Shown here: positions 44,030 through 52,532 of the stretch, piece by piece | Layout of the letters: each line of letters opens with the position of its first letter | Position numbering within the stretch: position 1 is the first letter of the stretch | NCBI GenBank assembly: GCA_025698865.1 | Contig: JAILWQ010000002.1 | Coordinates: 144,385 to 208,384 of the forward strand | From: Erythrobacter sp. | GTDB taxonomy: Bacteria; Pseudomonadota; Alphaproteobacteria; Sphingomonadales; Sphingomonadaceae | DNA: 64,000 bases | Direction of reading: 5' to 3' | The notes under the pieces: model-generated | Told to the model about the DNA's origin: nothing | Seen by the model: the letters and a program-made list of their open reading frames with translations, nothing else | The model's database searches: none | Position numbers and translations under genes: made by a program

Positions 44030-45289
44030 TTGCACAATTTCCTGAAAGGGCTGTCGTTGCTGGAAGTCTCCAGCTTCGTCGCCTCGCCCACGGTCGGCCT
44101 CTATTGCGGCCAGTTCGGGGCGGAGGTGATCCGGGTGGATCATCTCGAGGGCGGACTCGATTACGACCGCTACATGCTGGCCGACAATGGCCGCTCGCTG
44201 GCCTGGGAAAATCTCAACCGGGCGAAGAAATCCGTCGCGCTCGACCTGCGGAGCGGGGAAGGGCGCGAATTGTGCGTCGAGCTGGCGCGCGCGACCGGCC
44301 AGTGTGTCACCAACCTGCCGGAGAAGAGCTTCCTCTCCCATCCCGCCATGGCCGATGGGCGCGAGGACATGATCAGTGTCCGCATCATGGGCTGGCATGA
44401 CGGGCGGCAGGCGATGGACTTCACGGTCAACGCGGCGAGCGGCTATCCGTTGATGACCGGGCCGGCCGAATGGGATTCGGAAGCAGCGCCGCCGGTCAAC
44501 CAGCTGATGCCGGCCTGGGATTTCCTCACCGGGGCCTATTGCGCCTTCACCCTGCTCGCCGCGCTCCGCCATCGCGACGCGACCGGCGAGGGGGCGGAGA
44601 TCCGCGTGCCGCTGGGCGATGTCGCCATCGGCACGCTCGCCAATTCCGGCACGATGGCGGAAATGCTGTATCGCGGGGGCGACCGCGAGCGGCTGGGCAA
44701 CGCCATATGGGGTGCGTTCGGGCGCGACTTCCTCAGCCGCGACGGGGTGCGCTTCATGGTCGCCGCGCTAACTGCCAAGCAGTGGTCGGGCATCGTCGAG
44801 GCCTTCGGTCTGGCGGACGCCATCGGCGCGCTCGAAAACGAACTTGGCGTCCGCTTCGCCGATGGTGATGCTCCTCGCTTCGAGCACCGCGAGCGCCTGT
44901 TCGCGCTGTTTCAGGAGGTCGCGGGGCAGCACGATTATGCCGCTCTAGAGAAGCGCATGGCCGCCGCAGGCACGACCTACGAGCGCTATCGCACGCCTTA
45001 CGAGGCGGCACGCGATCCGGCGCTGGTGGGTGACAATCCGCTGTTCGCCATGACCGAGGACAATCCGAGCGGCGAGGCCTATCCCGCCGCGCGCAGCTTC
45101 GCCAACACGCCCGGCGCGGACCGCCCGGCCCCGTCACGCGCGCCCTATCTCGGCGAACATACCGAGGAGGTCCTGGCCGAAAGGCTCGGCCTGTCCGGCG
45201 CCGCGATCGGCAGTCTGATCGACCGGGGCATCGCCGCGCCGAGCGATGCGGGGCGCGACTATTCCCATCGCCGGCTCTCGCCTGCCTGA
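44030..45289 (+). CDS. Family III CoA transferase, most similar to mesaconyl-CoA C1-C4 transferase (2-methylfumaryl-CoA isomerase)
   Basis: 'SFVASP', 'GAEVIRVD..GGLDY', 'LNRAKKSVALDL', catalytic 'PVNQLMPAWD', 'LGDVA', 'GNAIWGAFGRDF'; TTG start. Confidence 0.75.
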   Translation: MHNFLKGLSLLEVSSFVASPTVGLYCGQFGAEVIRVDHLEGGLDYDRYMLADNGRSLAWENLNRAKKSVALDLRSGEGRELCVELARATGQCVTNLPEKSFLSHPAMADGREDMISVRIMGWHDGRQAMDFTVNAASGYPLMTGPAEWDSEAAPPVNQLMPAWDFLTGAYCAFTLLAALRHRDATGEGAEIRVPLGDVAIGTLANSGTMAEMLYRGGDRERLGNAIWGAFGRDFLSRDGVRFMVAALTAKQWSGIVEAFGLADAIGALENELGVRFADGDAPRFEHRERLFALFQEVAGQHDYAALEKRMAAAGTTYERYRTPYEAARDPALVGDNPLFAMTEDNPSGEAYPAARSFANTPGADRPAPSRAPYLGEHTEEVLAERLGLSGAAIGSLIDRGIAAPSDAGRDYSHRRLSPA

Positions 45290-45355
45290 GGGCCGGCCAG
45301 CGAACCGCAAGCAGCGCCGTTTGTAACTGGCGGCGGAAGGGACTAGATTGCTCCC

Positions 45356-46297
45356 ATGGCCACACTCGCTGAACCCGAACAGGATTTCACCCGCCTTCCG
45401 GACATGCCGGAGAACGTCTTCACCGCGCCGCTCAAGCGCCCCGAACATGTCGGCGAGGACTGGCTGGAGCCGAAGCAGACCGAATATGACAGCGAGGACG
45501 ATACGATCTGGAACGATCTCTTCGCCCGCCAGATGGAGGTCCTGCCCGGCCGCGCCGCGACCGCCTTCATGGAAGGCACGGAGAAGCTCGACCTGGGTCG
45601 CGGCGGCGTGCCGGATTTCGGCCAGCTTTCGGAAGAACTGGGCAAGCTGACCGGCTGGAGCGTCGTGCCGGTGCCGATGCTGATCCCCGACCACGTCTTC
45701 TTCTGGCACCTCGCCAACCGCCGCTTCCCCGCGGGCAATTTCATTCGCACCCGCGAGACCTTCGACTACATCCAGGAACCCGACGTCTTCCACGACGTGT
45801 TCGGGCACGTGCCGATGCTGACCGATCCCGTCTACGCCGACTACATGCAGGAATACGGCAAGGCAGGATGGAAGGCGATGCGCCATAACCGGCTGAAAGC
45901 TTTGGGCGCGCTCTACTGGTACACGGTCGAATTCGGCCTGATCGAGGAGAAGCCGGGCGACATCCGGGCCTATGGCGCGGGCATCCTCTCCGGCCCGACC
46001 GAGGTGGTCTATGCAGTCGAGGCCGCCAGCCCCAACCGGATCATGCTCAATGTCGACCGGGTGATGCGGACCGATTACGTCATCAGCGACCTGCAACCGA
46101 CCTATTTCGTGATCGACAGTTTCAAGGACCTCTACCACCAGACGGTGGAGCGGGATTTCGACAAGCTCTACCGCAATCTCGGCGCGGGCTTCACCTATGC
46201 CAACACGGCGGTGATCGACGTTGACCACGTGCTCAATCGCGGCACGCTGGAATACACCTTGCGCGGCGGCCGGGGGAGCGGCGCCAGCCCGGTTTGA
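45356..46297 (+). CDS. phhA: Phenylalanine 4-monooxygenase
   Basis: 'YIQEPDVFHDVFGHVPML' Fe ligands, 'LYWYTVEFGL', 'AYGAGILS'. Confidence 0.96.
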   Translation: MATLAEPEQDFTRLPDMPENVFTAPLKRPEHVGEDWLEPKQTEYDSEDDTIWNDLFARQMEVLPGRAATAFMEGTEKLDLGRGGVPDFGQLSEELGKLTGWSVVPVPMLIPDHVFFWHLANRRFPAGNFIRTRETFDYIQEPDVFHDVFGHVPMLTDPVYADYMQEYGKAGWKAMRHNRLKALGALYWYTVEFGLIEEKPGDIRAYGAGILSGPTEVVYAVEAASPNRIMLNVDRVMRTDYVISDLQPTYFVIDSFKDLYHQTVERDFDKLYRNLGAGFTYANTAVIDVDHVLNRGTLEYTLRGGRGSGASPV

Positions 46298-46367
46298 CCG
46301 GAAGCGCGTTCAGGCTGGCTCCCGTTCGGGCTGAATGCGACAGCACAACCAATTCACACCGCATACG

Positions 46368-46395
46368 AAAACGGCCCCGGATCGCTCCGGGGCCG
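46368..46395 (-). terminator. Intrinsic terminator of the minus-strand lipoprotein gene (may also stop phhA)
   Basis: AAAA-CGGCCCCGGA-TCGC-TCCGGGGCCG; perfect 10-bp stem. Confidence 0.8.
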
Positions 46396-46422
46396 ATCGT
46401 GTTCACTTGAAGCTGCGAAGGC

Positions 46423-46683
46423 TTACATGCCCTGCGCTTCGTCCATGGCTTCGCCCTGCTCTTCCATGGCGTCGGCACGGTCTTCGGCCTGGTCGACCAT
46501 GGCGTCTTCCTGCTGGTCGGAGATCATGCCCTGGTCTTCCATGGCGTCAGCCTGATCGTCGACGACTTCGGCGTTTTGCTCACCGGCGTCTTCCATGGCG
46601 TTCTCGTTCGGGCCGTCGCAAGCGGCGAGGCCGAGGCTGAGAGCGGCGGCGGAAGCGACGATTGCGGTTTTGGTGAACTTCAT
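46423..46683 (-). CDS. Small acidic LEA-like lipoprotein
   Basis: GGGAAGGA SD; lipobox LAAC; five A-M-[EVD] repeats. Confidence 0.85.
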   Translation of the reverse strand: MKFTKTAIVASAAALSLGLAACDGPNENAMEDAGEQNAEVVDDQADAMEDQGMISDQQEDAMVDQAEDRADAMEEQGEAMDEAQGM

Positions 46684-46750
46684 GAGTATTTCCTTCCCTC
46701 GAAAAAATAGCAGCCGACCCGAAGAATTCGCGGTCTGCGATCATGGCCAA

Positions 46751-46775
46751 AATGTGTCAGGACCAAAGAGGTTCC
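46751..46775 (-). promoter_or_regulatory. EcfG/sigmaT-type promoter candidate
   Basis: Minus strand GGAAC-N16-CATT. Confidence 0.55.
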
Positions 46776-46901
46776 CGCTGTGACGAATAATAGCTTCCCC
46801 GGCCGCAGGACCGGGCTCTTTCCCGGACCGGCCAAGCTGATAACAGCGCCCCGACGGTAATGTAAGTCAAAATTATGGCGAGCGTGTCGGCGACGTGGCG
46901 G

Positions 46902-47171
46902 TCAGTCGAGCAGATCCTCACTCACCGCCCGAACCACGGCCTGCGACAAGGCGAACGCCACACCGGCGCCGATGACCGCCCACAGGAGCTGCGCGGGACT
47001 AATGGCCCACAGCAGCGAAGCCGACGAGCCCGACAGCGCCCCGCCCAGTAGCGCACCGACCGCGCCCGTGCAAATGCAGATCAGCACACATAGGCGGTGT
47101 TCGCGCTCCAGTACGATTGCCCCGGCCCAGCCGAGAGCAGCGCCCGCAAGAAGTAGGATTGCCAGTCCCAT
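46902..47171 (-). CDS. Small membrane protein, GlsB/YeaQ/YmgE (transglycosylase-associated)-like
   Basis: Three Gly-rich hydrophobic segments ('GAALGWAGAIV', 'GAVGALLGG', 'AVIGAGVAF'); start at 47171 or 47180. Confidence 0.65.
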   Translation of the reverse strand: MGLAILLLAGAALGWAGAIVLEREHRLCVLICICTGAVGALLGGALSGSSASLLWAISPAQLLWAVIGAGVAFALSQAVVRAVSEDLLD

Positions 47172-47204
47172 CGAAGACAATTTCCATTACGTTTCGTGCC
47201 GATC

Positions 47205-47230
47205 AACCGGTCATACGCTGGAAACGTTCC
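47205..47230 (-). promoter_or_regulatory. EcfG/sigmaT-type promoter candidate
   Basis: Minus strand GGAAC-N17-GGTT. Confidence 0.55.
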
Positions 47231-47339
47231 GCCTTTCGTTCCGATCGGTGTCGGCCACGGTGAGATCGTGTCTCGATGGCAACAGTATGGCTTCCAAAGC
47301 ACCTGGTGTCCTCCGGCGTTGCCGAAAGGGTGCGGTGCA

Positions 47340-48152
47340 TCACCGTGTCGCCAGCCAGACGATCGCCGCCGTACCGATTACGACACGATACCATCCGAAC
47401 GGTGTGAAGCCGTGCTTGCCGACGTAAGCGACGAAGGCGCGGATTATCAGCATCGCGACCACGAAACTGGCGAAGAAACCGATCGCGATCTCGTCCCAAC
47501 CGACCAAGCTGTTGCCGGACAACAGCTGTTCGGGCTCGCTCACGATCTTGACCGTTGCCGCTCCCAGCATGGTCGGCACCGCCAGAAAGAATGAGAACTC
47601 GGCGGCGGTCTTGCGTCCGACGCCCATGGCAAGCGCCCCCAGGATCGTCGCGCCCGAGCGGCTGGTGCCCGGAATCATCGCCAGGCATTGCACGAAGCCG
47701 ATACCGATCGCGGTGCGCCAGGAAAGGTTGGCGACTCCCTGATCGGCCTGGGGAACGATGGTTCGTTCCAGGACAAGGATCGCGATCCCGCCGATCACGA
47801 GTGCGATCGCGACCACCAGCGGGGTTTCAAGCATCACGTCGATGGCGTCCTTGACCATCAACCCGATCACCGCAGCAGGCAAAAAGGCGAGCAGGATATT
47901 GCGGGCGAACATGATGCTCTCGCGTTCGCCCTTCAGCAGGCCGGTGCCCATGTTCCAGAACAGTTGGCGATAGGTGACCACGACGGCCAGGATCGCGCCG
48001 AGCTGGATGACGATGTTGAACTGCGCCCATTGCGCCGCGTCGTATCCAAAGATCTCGCTCGCCAGGATGAGGTGGCCGGTCGAGGAGACGGGAAGGAACT
48101 CGGTCAGCCCTTCGAGGATGCCGAGAAGTATCGCTACCAGAATGAGATTCAT
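47340..48152 (-). CDS. uppP: Undecaprenyl-diphosphate phosphatase (BacA/UppP)
   Basis: 'GILEGLTEFLPVSSTGHL', 'IQLGAILAV', 'AMIPGTSRSGATI', 'AAEFSFFLAVPTM'. Confidence 0.97.
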   Translation of the reverse strand: MNLILVAILLGILEGLTEFLPVSSTGHLILASEIFGYDAAQWAQFNIVIQLGAILAVVVTYRQLFWNMGTGLLKGERESIMFARNILLAFLPAAVIGLMVKDAIDVMLETPLVVAIALVIGGIAILVLERTIVPQADQGVANLSWRTAIGIGFVQCLAMIPGTSRSGATILGALAMGVGRKTAAEFSFFLAVPTMLGAATVKIVSEPEQLLSGNSLVGWDEIAIGFFASFVVAMLIIRAFVAYVGKHGFTPFGWYRVVIGTAAIVWLATR

Positions 48153-48171
48153 GCGGGGGCACATGAACGAA

Positions 48172-48203
48172 GGGGGCGGCAAGTCAAGCGACTCGCCGCC
48201 CCC
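48172..48203 (-). terminator. Hairpin after the M13 peptidase; also contains the uppP -35
   Basis: Minus strand GGGGGCGGCGAGTC-GCTT-GACTTGCCGCCCCC followed by TTCGTT. Confidence 0.6.
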
Positions 48204-48226
48204 GAACCTTGCACTATGGCCGATCC

Positions 48227-50425
48227 CTACCAGATGACCACGCGGTCTTCCGGCGGCAAATAGAGCGCATCGTCGGGCGTCACGTTGAACGCCTTGTACC
48301 ATGCATCCATCTGGCGGACCGCGCCATTGGTCCGGAATTCCTCCGGGCTGTGCGGATCGGTCAGGAGACGCTGGCGACCGGCATTCTCGCGCTGGGCCGA
48401 ACGCCATACCTGCGCCCAGGCGAGGAAGAAGCGCTGGTCGCCGGTCAGACCGTCGATCACCGGCGCTTCCTTGCCATCCAGCGAGAGGCGATAGGCGCGG
48501 TAGGCCATGGAGAGCCCGCCGACATCGCCGATATTCTCGCCGAGCGTCAGGCGACCGTTCACGCAGGTCTCGCCATCGTCATAGGGACAGAAGGCGTTGT
48601 ACTGCGCGACCAGCGCGTCGGTCCGGGCATCGAATGCCTCGCGGTCGGCGTCGGTCCACCAGTTGCGCAGCATCCCGGTGCCGTCGGACTTGGAGCCCTG
48701 ATCGTCGAAGCCGTGGCCCATTTCGTGGCCGATCACCGCCCCGATGCCGCCGTAGTTGACCGCCGGATCGGCGCTGATGCCGAAGAAGGGCTGTTGCAGG
48801 ATGCCGGCCGGAAACACGATCTCGTTCTTGGTCGAGTTGTAATAGGCGTTCACCGTTTGCGGCAGCATGCCCCATTCGGTCCGGTCGATCGGCCCGCCGA
48901 GCTTCGCAAGGTTGTCCTTCGTGTTCCACGCGGCCGCCGCCATGCGGTTGGCGATCGGGTTGCCCGGAGTGACGGTCAGCCCCTCATAGGTTTCCAGATT
49001 GTCGCGATAGCCGATCTTCGGATCGAAGGCGTCGAGCTTGGCCTGCGCTTCCTTCTTGGTGTCCTCGCTCATCCACTCGTTCTCACGGAGGCTGATCGCC
49101 ATGGACTTGCGCAGATTGACGATCAGATCGTCCATCGCCGCCTTGTTCTCGGGCGGGAAATACCGATCGACATAGGAAGCGCCGACCAGTTCGCCGAGCA
49201 GCCCCTCGGTCTCGCCGATGGCCCGCTTCCAGCGCGGACGCTGGACCGGCACGCCGTTGAGCGTGGTCTGGTAGAAATCGAAATCGGCCTGGTCGATATC
49301 GCTCGGCAGAACGCCCGCGTTGTTCTCCAGGAACTCCTTGGTGGTCCACGCCTGCAGCACCTCGATCGGGGTATCGGCCATGAGCTGCATCATCGCCGGG
49401 GTGCCGCCGCCGATCTTGGCAAGCGTCGCCTCGTCGAGGCCGAGCTCACCGGCCTCCTCGCTCGAAGGCGGCAGGTCGCCGACCACGAAGCGATCGGTGT
49501 CGCCGAAGCCCGAGGTTTCGAGGAAGGTCGCGAGCGGGAAGCCGTTTGCGTATTCCTCGAGTTGCGCGGGGGTTAGCGCATTATAGGTGAGGTCGCGGTT
49601 GCGGCGAACCGCCCGGTCCCAGCTGACCTCGCGCGCGATGGTGTCTTCCAGATTGTACACCGCCTGCGCGGTCGCGGCCGGATCCTCGTAGCCCGCCTTG
49701 CCGAACAGGAAGGCGAGATAGTCGCGATACTTCGCCTGGATCTCGCGGCCCTTCGCGCTCTCGTCGAGATAGTACTGGCGGTCCGGCAGGCCGAGCCCGC
49801 CCGCGCCGACATAGACCGAGTAACGGCTCGGCTCCTTAGCATCGACGGTGACATACCCGCCCATCGGCGAAGGATAGCCCGGCGTCGCCCACAAGGTGGC
49901 GAGCTCCGCCAGCGTGCCGGCATTCGCGATGCGGTCGAGATAGGGCTGCGCCGGAGCGAGACCGGCGGCATCGATCGCGGCGGTGTCGAGATAGGAATTG
50001 TAAGCATCGACGATGCGCTTCTCGTCCGCGGTCAGCTGCGAGGCAGGCTTTGCGACCAGATCGTCGACAAGGGCCTTCACGTCGCTGGTCGACTTCTCGC
50101 GCAGCAGGTTGAAGGCGCCGAAGCGGCTGAATTCGTCGGGAAGCGGGTTGGCGGCAAGCCACTTGCTGTTGGCATAGGCGAAAAAGTCGTCGCCGGGATC
50201 GATGCTCGGATCGATCGCGTCGGGATCGAAGCCCCACTCGCCGAAGCTCATCGTCGGCGTCGGCACGGCCGCACCCGATACCGAGCCGTCCTGGACCTGA
50301 TCGAGCAGGTAATCGAACTCGCCCTCATTTTCGTGGTGCGCGCCATGTGCGAGCGCGGGGGTGGAAACGGCGAGCGAGAGCGCGAGCACGCTGGCTCCCG
50401 CTGTGAGAATGGAACGGATCATCAA
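48227..50425 (-). CDS. M13-family (neprilysin/PepO) zinc metallopeptidase, secreted
   Basis: Signal peptide; 'PGDDFFAYAN', 'VNAYY', 'VIGHEMGHGFD', 'GENIGD', 'DPHSP..FR.NG'. Confidence 0.96.
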   Translation of the reverse strand: MMIRSILTAGASVLALSLAVSTPALAHGAHHENEGEFDYLLDQVQDGSVSGAAVPTPTMSFGEWGFDPDAIDPSIDPGDDFFAYANSKWLAANPLPDEFSRFGAFNLLREKSTSDVKALVDDLVAKPASQLTADEKRIVDAYNSYLDTAAIDAAGLAPAQPYLDRIANAGTLAELATLWATPGYPSPMGGYVTVDAKEPSRYSVYVGAGGLGLPDRQYYLDESAKGREIQAKYRDYLAFLFGKAGYEDPAATAQAVYNLEDTIAREVSWDRAVRRNRDLTYNALTPAQLEEYANGFPLATFLETSGFGDTDRFVVGDLPPSSEEAGELGLDEATLAKIGGGTPAMMQLMADTPIEVLQAWTTKEFLENNAGVLPSDIDQADFDFYQTTLNGVPVQRPRWKRAIGETEGLLGELVGASYVDRYFPPENKAAMDDLIVNLRKSMAISLRENEWMSEDTKKEAQAKLDAFDPKIGYRDNLETYEGLTVTPGNPIANRMAAAAWNTKDNLAKLGGPIDRTEWGMLPQTVNAYYNSTKNEIVFPAGILQQPFFGISADPAVNYGGIGAVIGHEMGHGFDDQGSKSDGTGMLRNWWTDADREAFDARTDALVAQYNAFCPYDDGETCVNGRLTLGENIGDVGGLSMAYRAYRLSLDGKEAPVIDGLTGDQRFFLAWAQVWRSAQRENAGRQRLLTDPHSPEEFRTNGAVRQMDAWYKAFNVTPDDALYLPPEDRVVIW

Positions 50426-50571
50426 GTCAGTCTCCCGGAAATTGCGTCTGCGCCCGCCGAACGGGGGCGCAAGGCTGCCCGCCTGTCATAGCGGGGCAGC
50501 GCGTCAGGCGAAGTCATTCGTCGAACGGATACACCGCTTTGTAGCACAATCGACTGAACGCACGCTGAAAC

Positions 50572-52380
50572 TCAGCCCGGCTCGCGCCCGAACTGGAGGT
50601 CGGCGAGTCGCGCGTATAGGCCGCTGCCCGCCGAAAGCTGCGCGTGGGTACCCTGTTCCACGATCCTGCCGTCCTGCATCACGATGATCCGGTCGGCCTT
50701 GCGCACGGTGGCGAGGCGGTGGGCAATGACGAGCGTGGTGCGATGCTCCATCAACCGGTCGAGCGCGTCCTGCACCAGCTGCTCGCTCTCCGCATCGAGC
50801 GCGCTGGTCGCCTCGTCGAGCAGCAAGATCGGCGCGTCGCGCAGCAGGGCGCGGGCAATGGCGAGCCGTTGCTGCTGCCCGCCGGACAGGCGCGTCCCGT
50901 CCTCGCCGAGATGGGTGTCGAGCCCCTGCGGCATGGCGGCGAGGAAATCGGCGGCGTTGGCGGCGCGCACGGCGCTCTCGATCTCGTCCTCGCTCGCGTC
51001 CCAGTTGCCGTAGCGCAGATTGTCGCGCGCCGTGGCGCTGAACAGCACGCCGTCCTGCGGGACATAGGCGATCCGCTCGCGGATGTCGGCGGGATCGGCC
51101 GAGGTCAGCGGAACGCCGTCGAGCCGGATGGTGCCTGCCTGCGGATCGTAGAACCGCTCCACGAGCTGGAAGATGGTCGACTTGCCCGCGCCCGAGGGAC
51201 CGACGATGGCGACCGTCTCGCCCGGTTCGACCTCGAGGCTGAAATCAACCAGCGCGGCGGTGTCGGGCCGGGTGGGGTAGCGGAACGTGACGTTGCGGAA
51301 GGACAGCCCGCCCCGCGGCGGCATCGGCAGCGCTTCGGGCCGGGCAGGCGCGGCGATGCCGGGGCGTTCCTCCATCAACTCGCCCAGCCGGCTCGCCGCG
51401 CCCGCGCCGCGCAGCAGATCGCCGAAAACTTCGGTCAGCGCGCCCAGCGCGCCTGCCGCGATCACGCCCGCGAAGACGAAGGCGCCGATCGTGCCCCCGG
51501 TGATCTCGCCCCGCTCGACCAGCACGGCGCCGCGCCACAGGAGCACCGTGATCGCTCCGAAAATGAGCGTGATCAGCAGCGCCGTCATCACAGCGCGAAT
51601 GAGAATGCGAGTCTTCGCGACATCGAAGGTGCGCTCCACCGCTGCGCCGAAACGGCCGCTCTCGCGTTCCTGCTGGTTGAAGGCCTGGACGATCTTCATG
51701 GCCGCCAGCACCTCGGTCACCATGGCGCCGACATCGGCGACGCGGTCCTGGCTGGTGCGGCTGATCGTCCTCAGCCGCGATCCGAACACGGCGATGGGGA
51801 TGATGATCACCGGGATGCCGATCAGGAGGTTCACCGCCAGCTGCGGGGCGAGCCAGAAAAGGTAGCCGATGGAAAAGACCGCCATCACGACATTGCGCAG
51901 GGCGACCGACAGCGTGGTGCCGACCACCTGCTCGATGATCGCGGTATCGGCGGTCATCCGGCTGGAGATTTCCTTGGGGCTGTTCTCCTCGAAGAAGGAG
52001 GGCGCGAGCCGCAGGAGGTTGCGATAGACTTGGCGGCGAATGTCGGCGACCACCCGTTCGCCCAGCCAGCTGACGAAGTAGAAGCGCACCGCGGTGAACA
52101 CGCCGAGCACGCCGACCAGCAGCAGCAGATAACGGAACCAGCGGCCGATATCGGCGCCCGCCATCCCGCCAGCGCCGAAGCCGCGATCGATGATCAGGCG
52201 GAGCGCGCTCGGCAGGGCAAGCGACATCACCGTGGCGGTGATCAGCAGGGCGATCCCGGCATAGACGAGCTGCGCCGGATAGGCGCGCGCCGCCCGGAAG
52301 ATCATCGCCAGCGGGCGCAGCGAACGGACCTTGCGCGGAGCCCCGCCGGCCTCCTCGATAGTGTTGTCGGGCGTCGCCAT
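50572..52380 (-). CDS. ABCB-type exporter (MsbA-like), permease + ATPase
   Basis: 6-TM domain; 'VGPSGAGKST', 'LSGGQQQR', 'LLLDEATSALD', 'IAHRL'. Confidence 0.93.
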   Translation of the reverse strand: MATPDNTIEEAGGAPRKVRSLRPLAMIFRAARAYPAQLVYAGIALLITATVMSLALPSALRLIIDRGFGAGGMAGADIGRWFRYLLLLVGVLGVFTAVRFYFVSWLGERVVADIRRQVYRNLLRLAPSFFEENSPKEISSRMTADTAIIEQVVGTTLSVALRNVVMAVFSIGYLFWLAPQLAVNLLIGIPVIIIPIAVFGSRLRTISRTSQDRVADVGAMVTEVLAAMKIVQAFNQQERESGRFGAAVERTFDVAKTRILIRAVMTALLITLIFGAITVLLWRGAVLVERGEITGGTIGAFVFAGVIAAGALGALTEVFGDLLRGAGAASRLGELMEERPGIAAPARPEALPMPPRGGLSFRNVTFRYPTRPDTAALVDFSLEVEPGETVAIVGPSGAGKSTIFQLVERFYDPQAGTIRLDGVPLTSADPADIRERIAYVPQDGVLFSATARDNLRYGNWDASEDEIESAVRAANAADFLAAMPQGLDTHLGEDGTRLSGGQQQRLAIARALLRDAPILLLDEATSALDAESEQLVQDALDRLMEHRTTLVIAHRLATVRKADRIIVMQDGRIVEQGTHAQLSAGSGLYARLADLQFGREPG

Positions 52381-52438
52381 CGCGCCCGGTTAGCCCCCGC
52401 CGCCGGCAAAATCCACTGGCTCGGAGACCCGCAAAAAA

Positions 52439-52453
52439 TTGTGCGTTGCACAA
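52439..52453 (+). promoter_or_regulatory. PhaR operator candidate upstream of phaZ
   Basis: TTGTGC-GTT-GCACAA palindrome; TGCGTTGCACAA fits the reported rhizobial PhaR consensus TGCRNYGCASMA. Confidence 0.65.
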
Positions 52454-52532
52454 GAGCGGGTTGATCGCCACCTTGGAGCAGATAGGACAGACATCCGGCC
52501 GCGCGAGAATGCGGCATCGCAGGGGAAACGCA

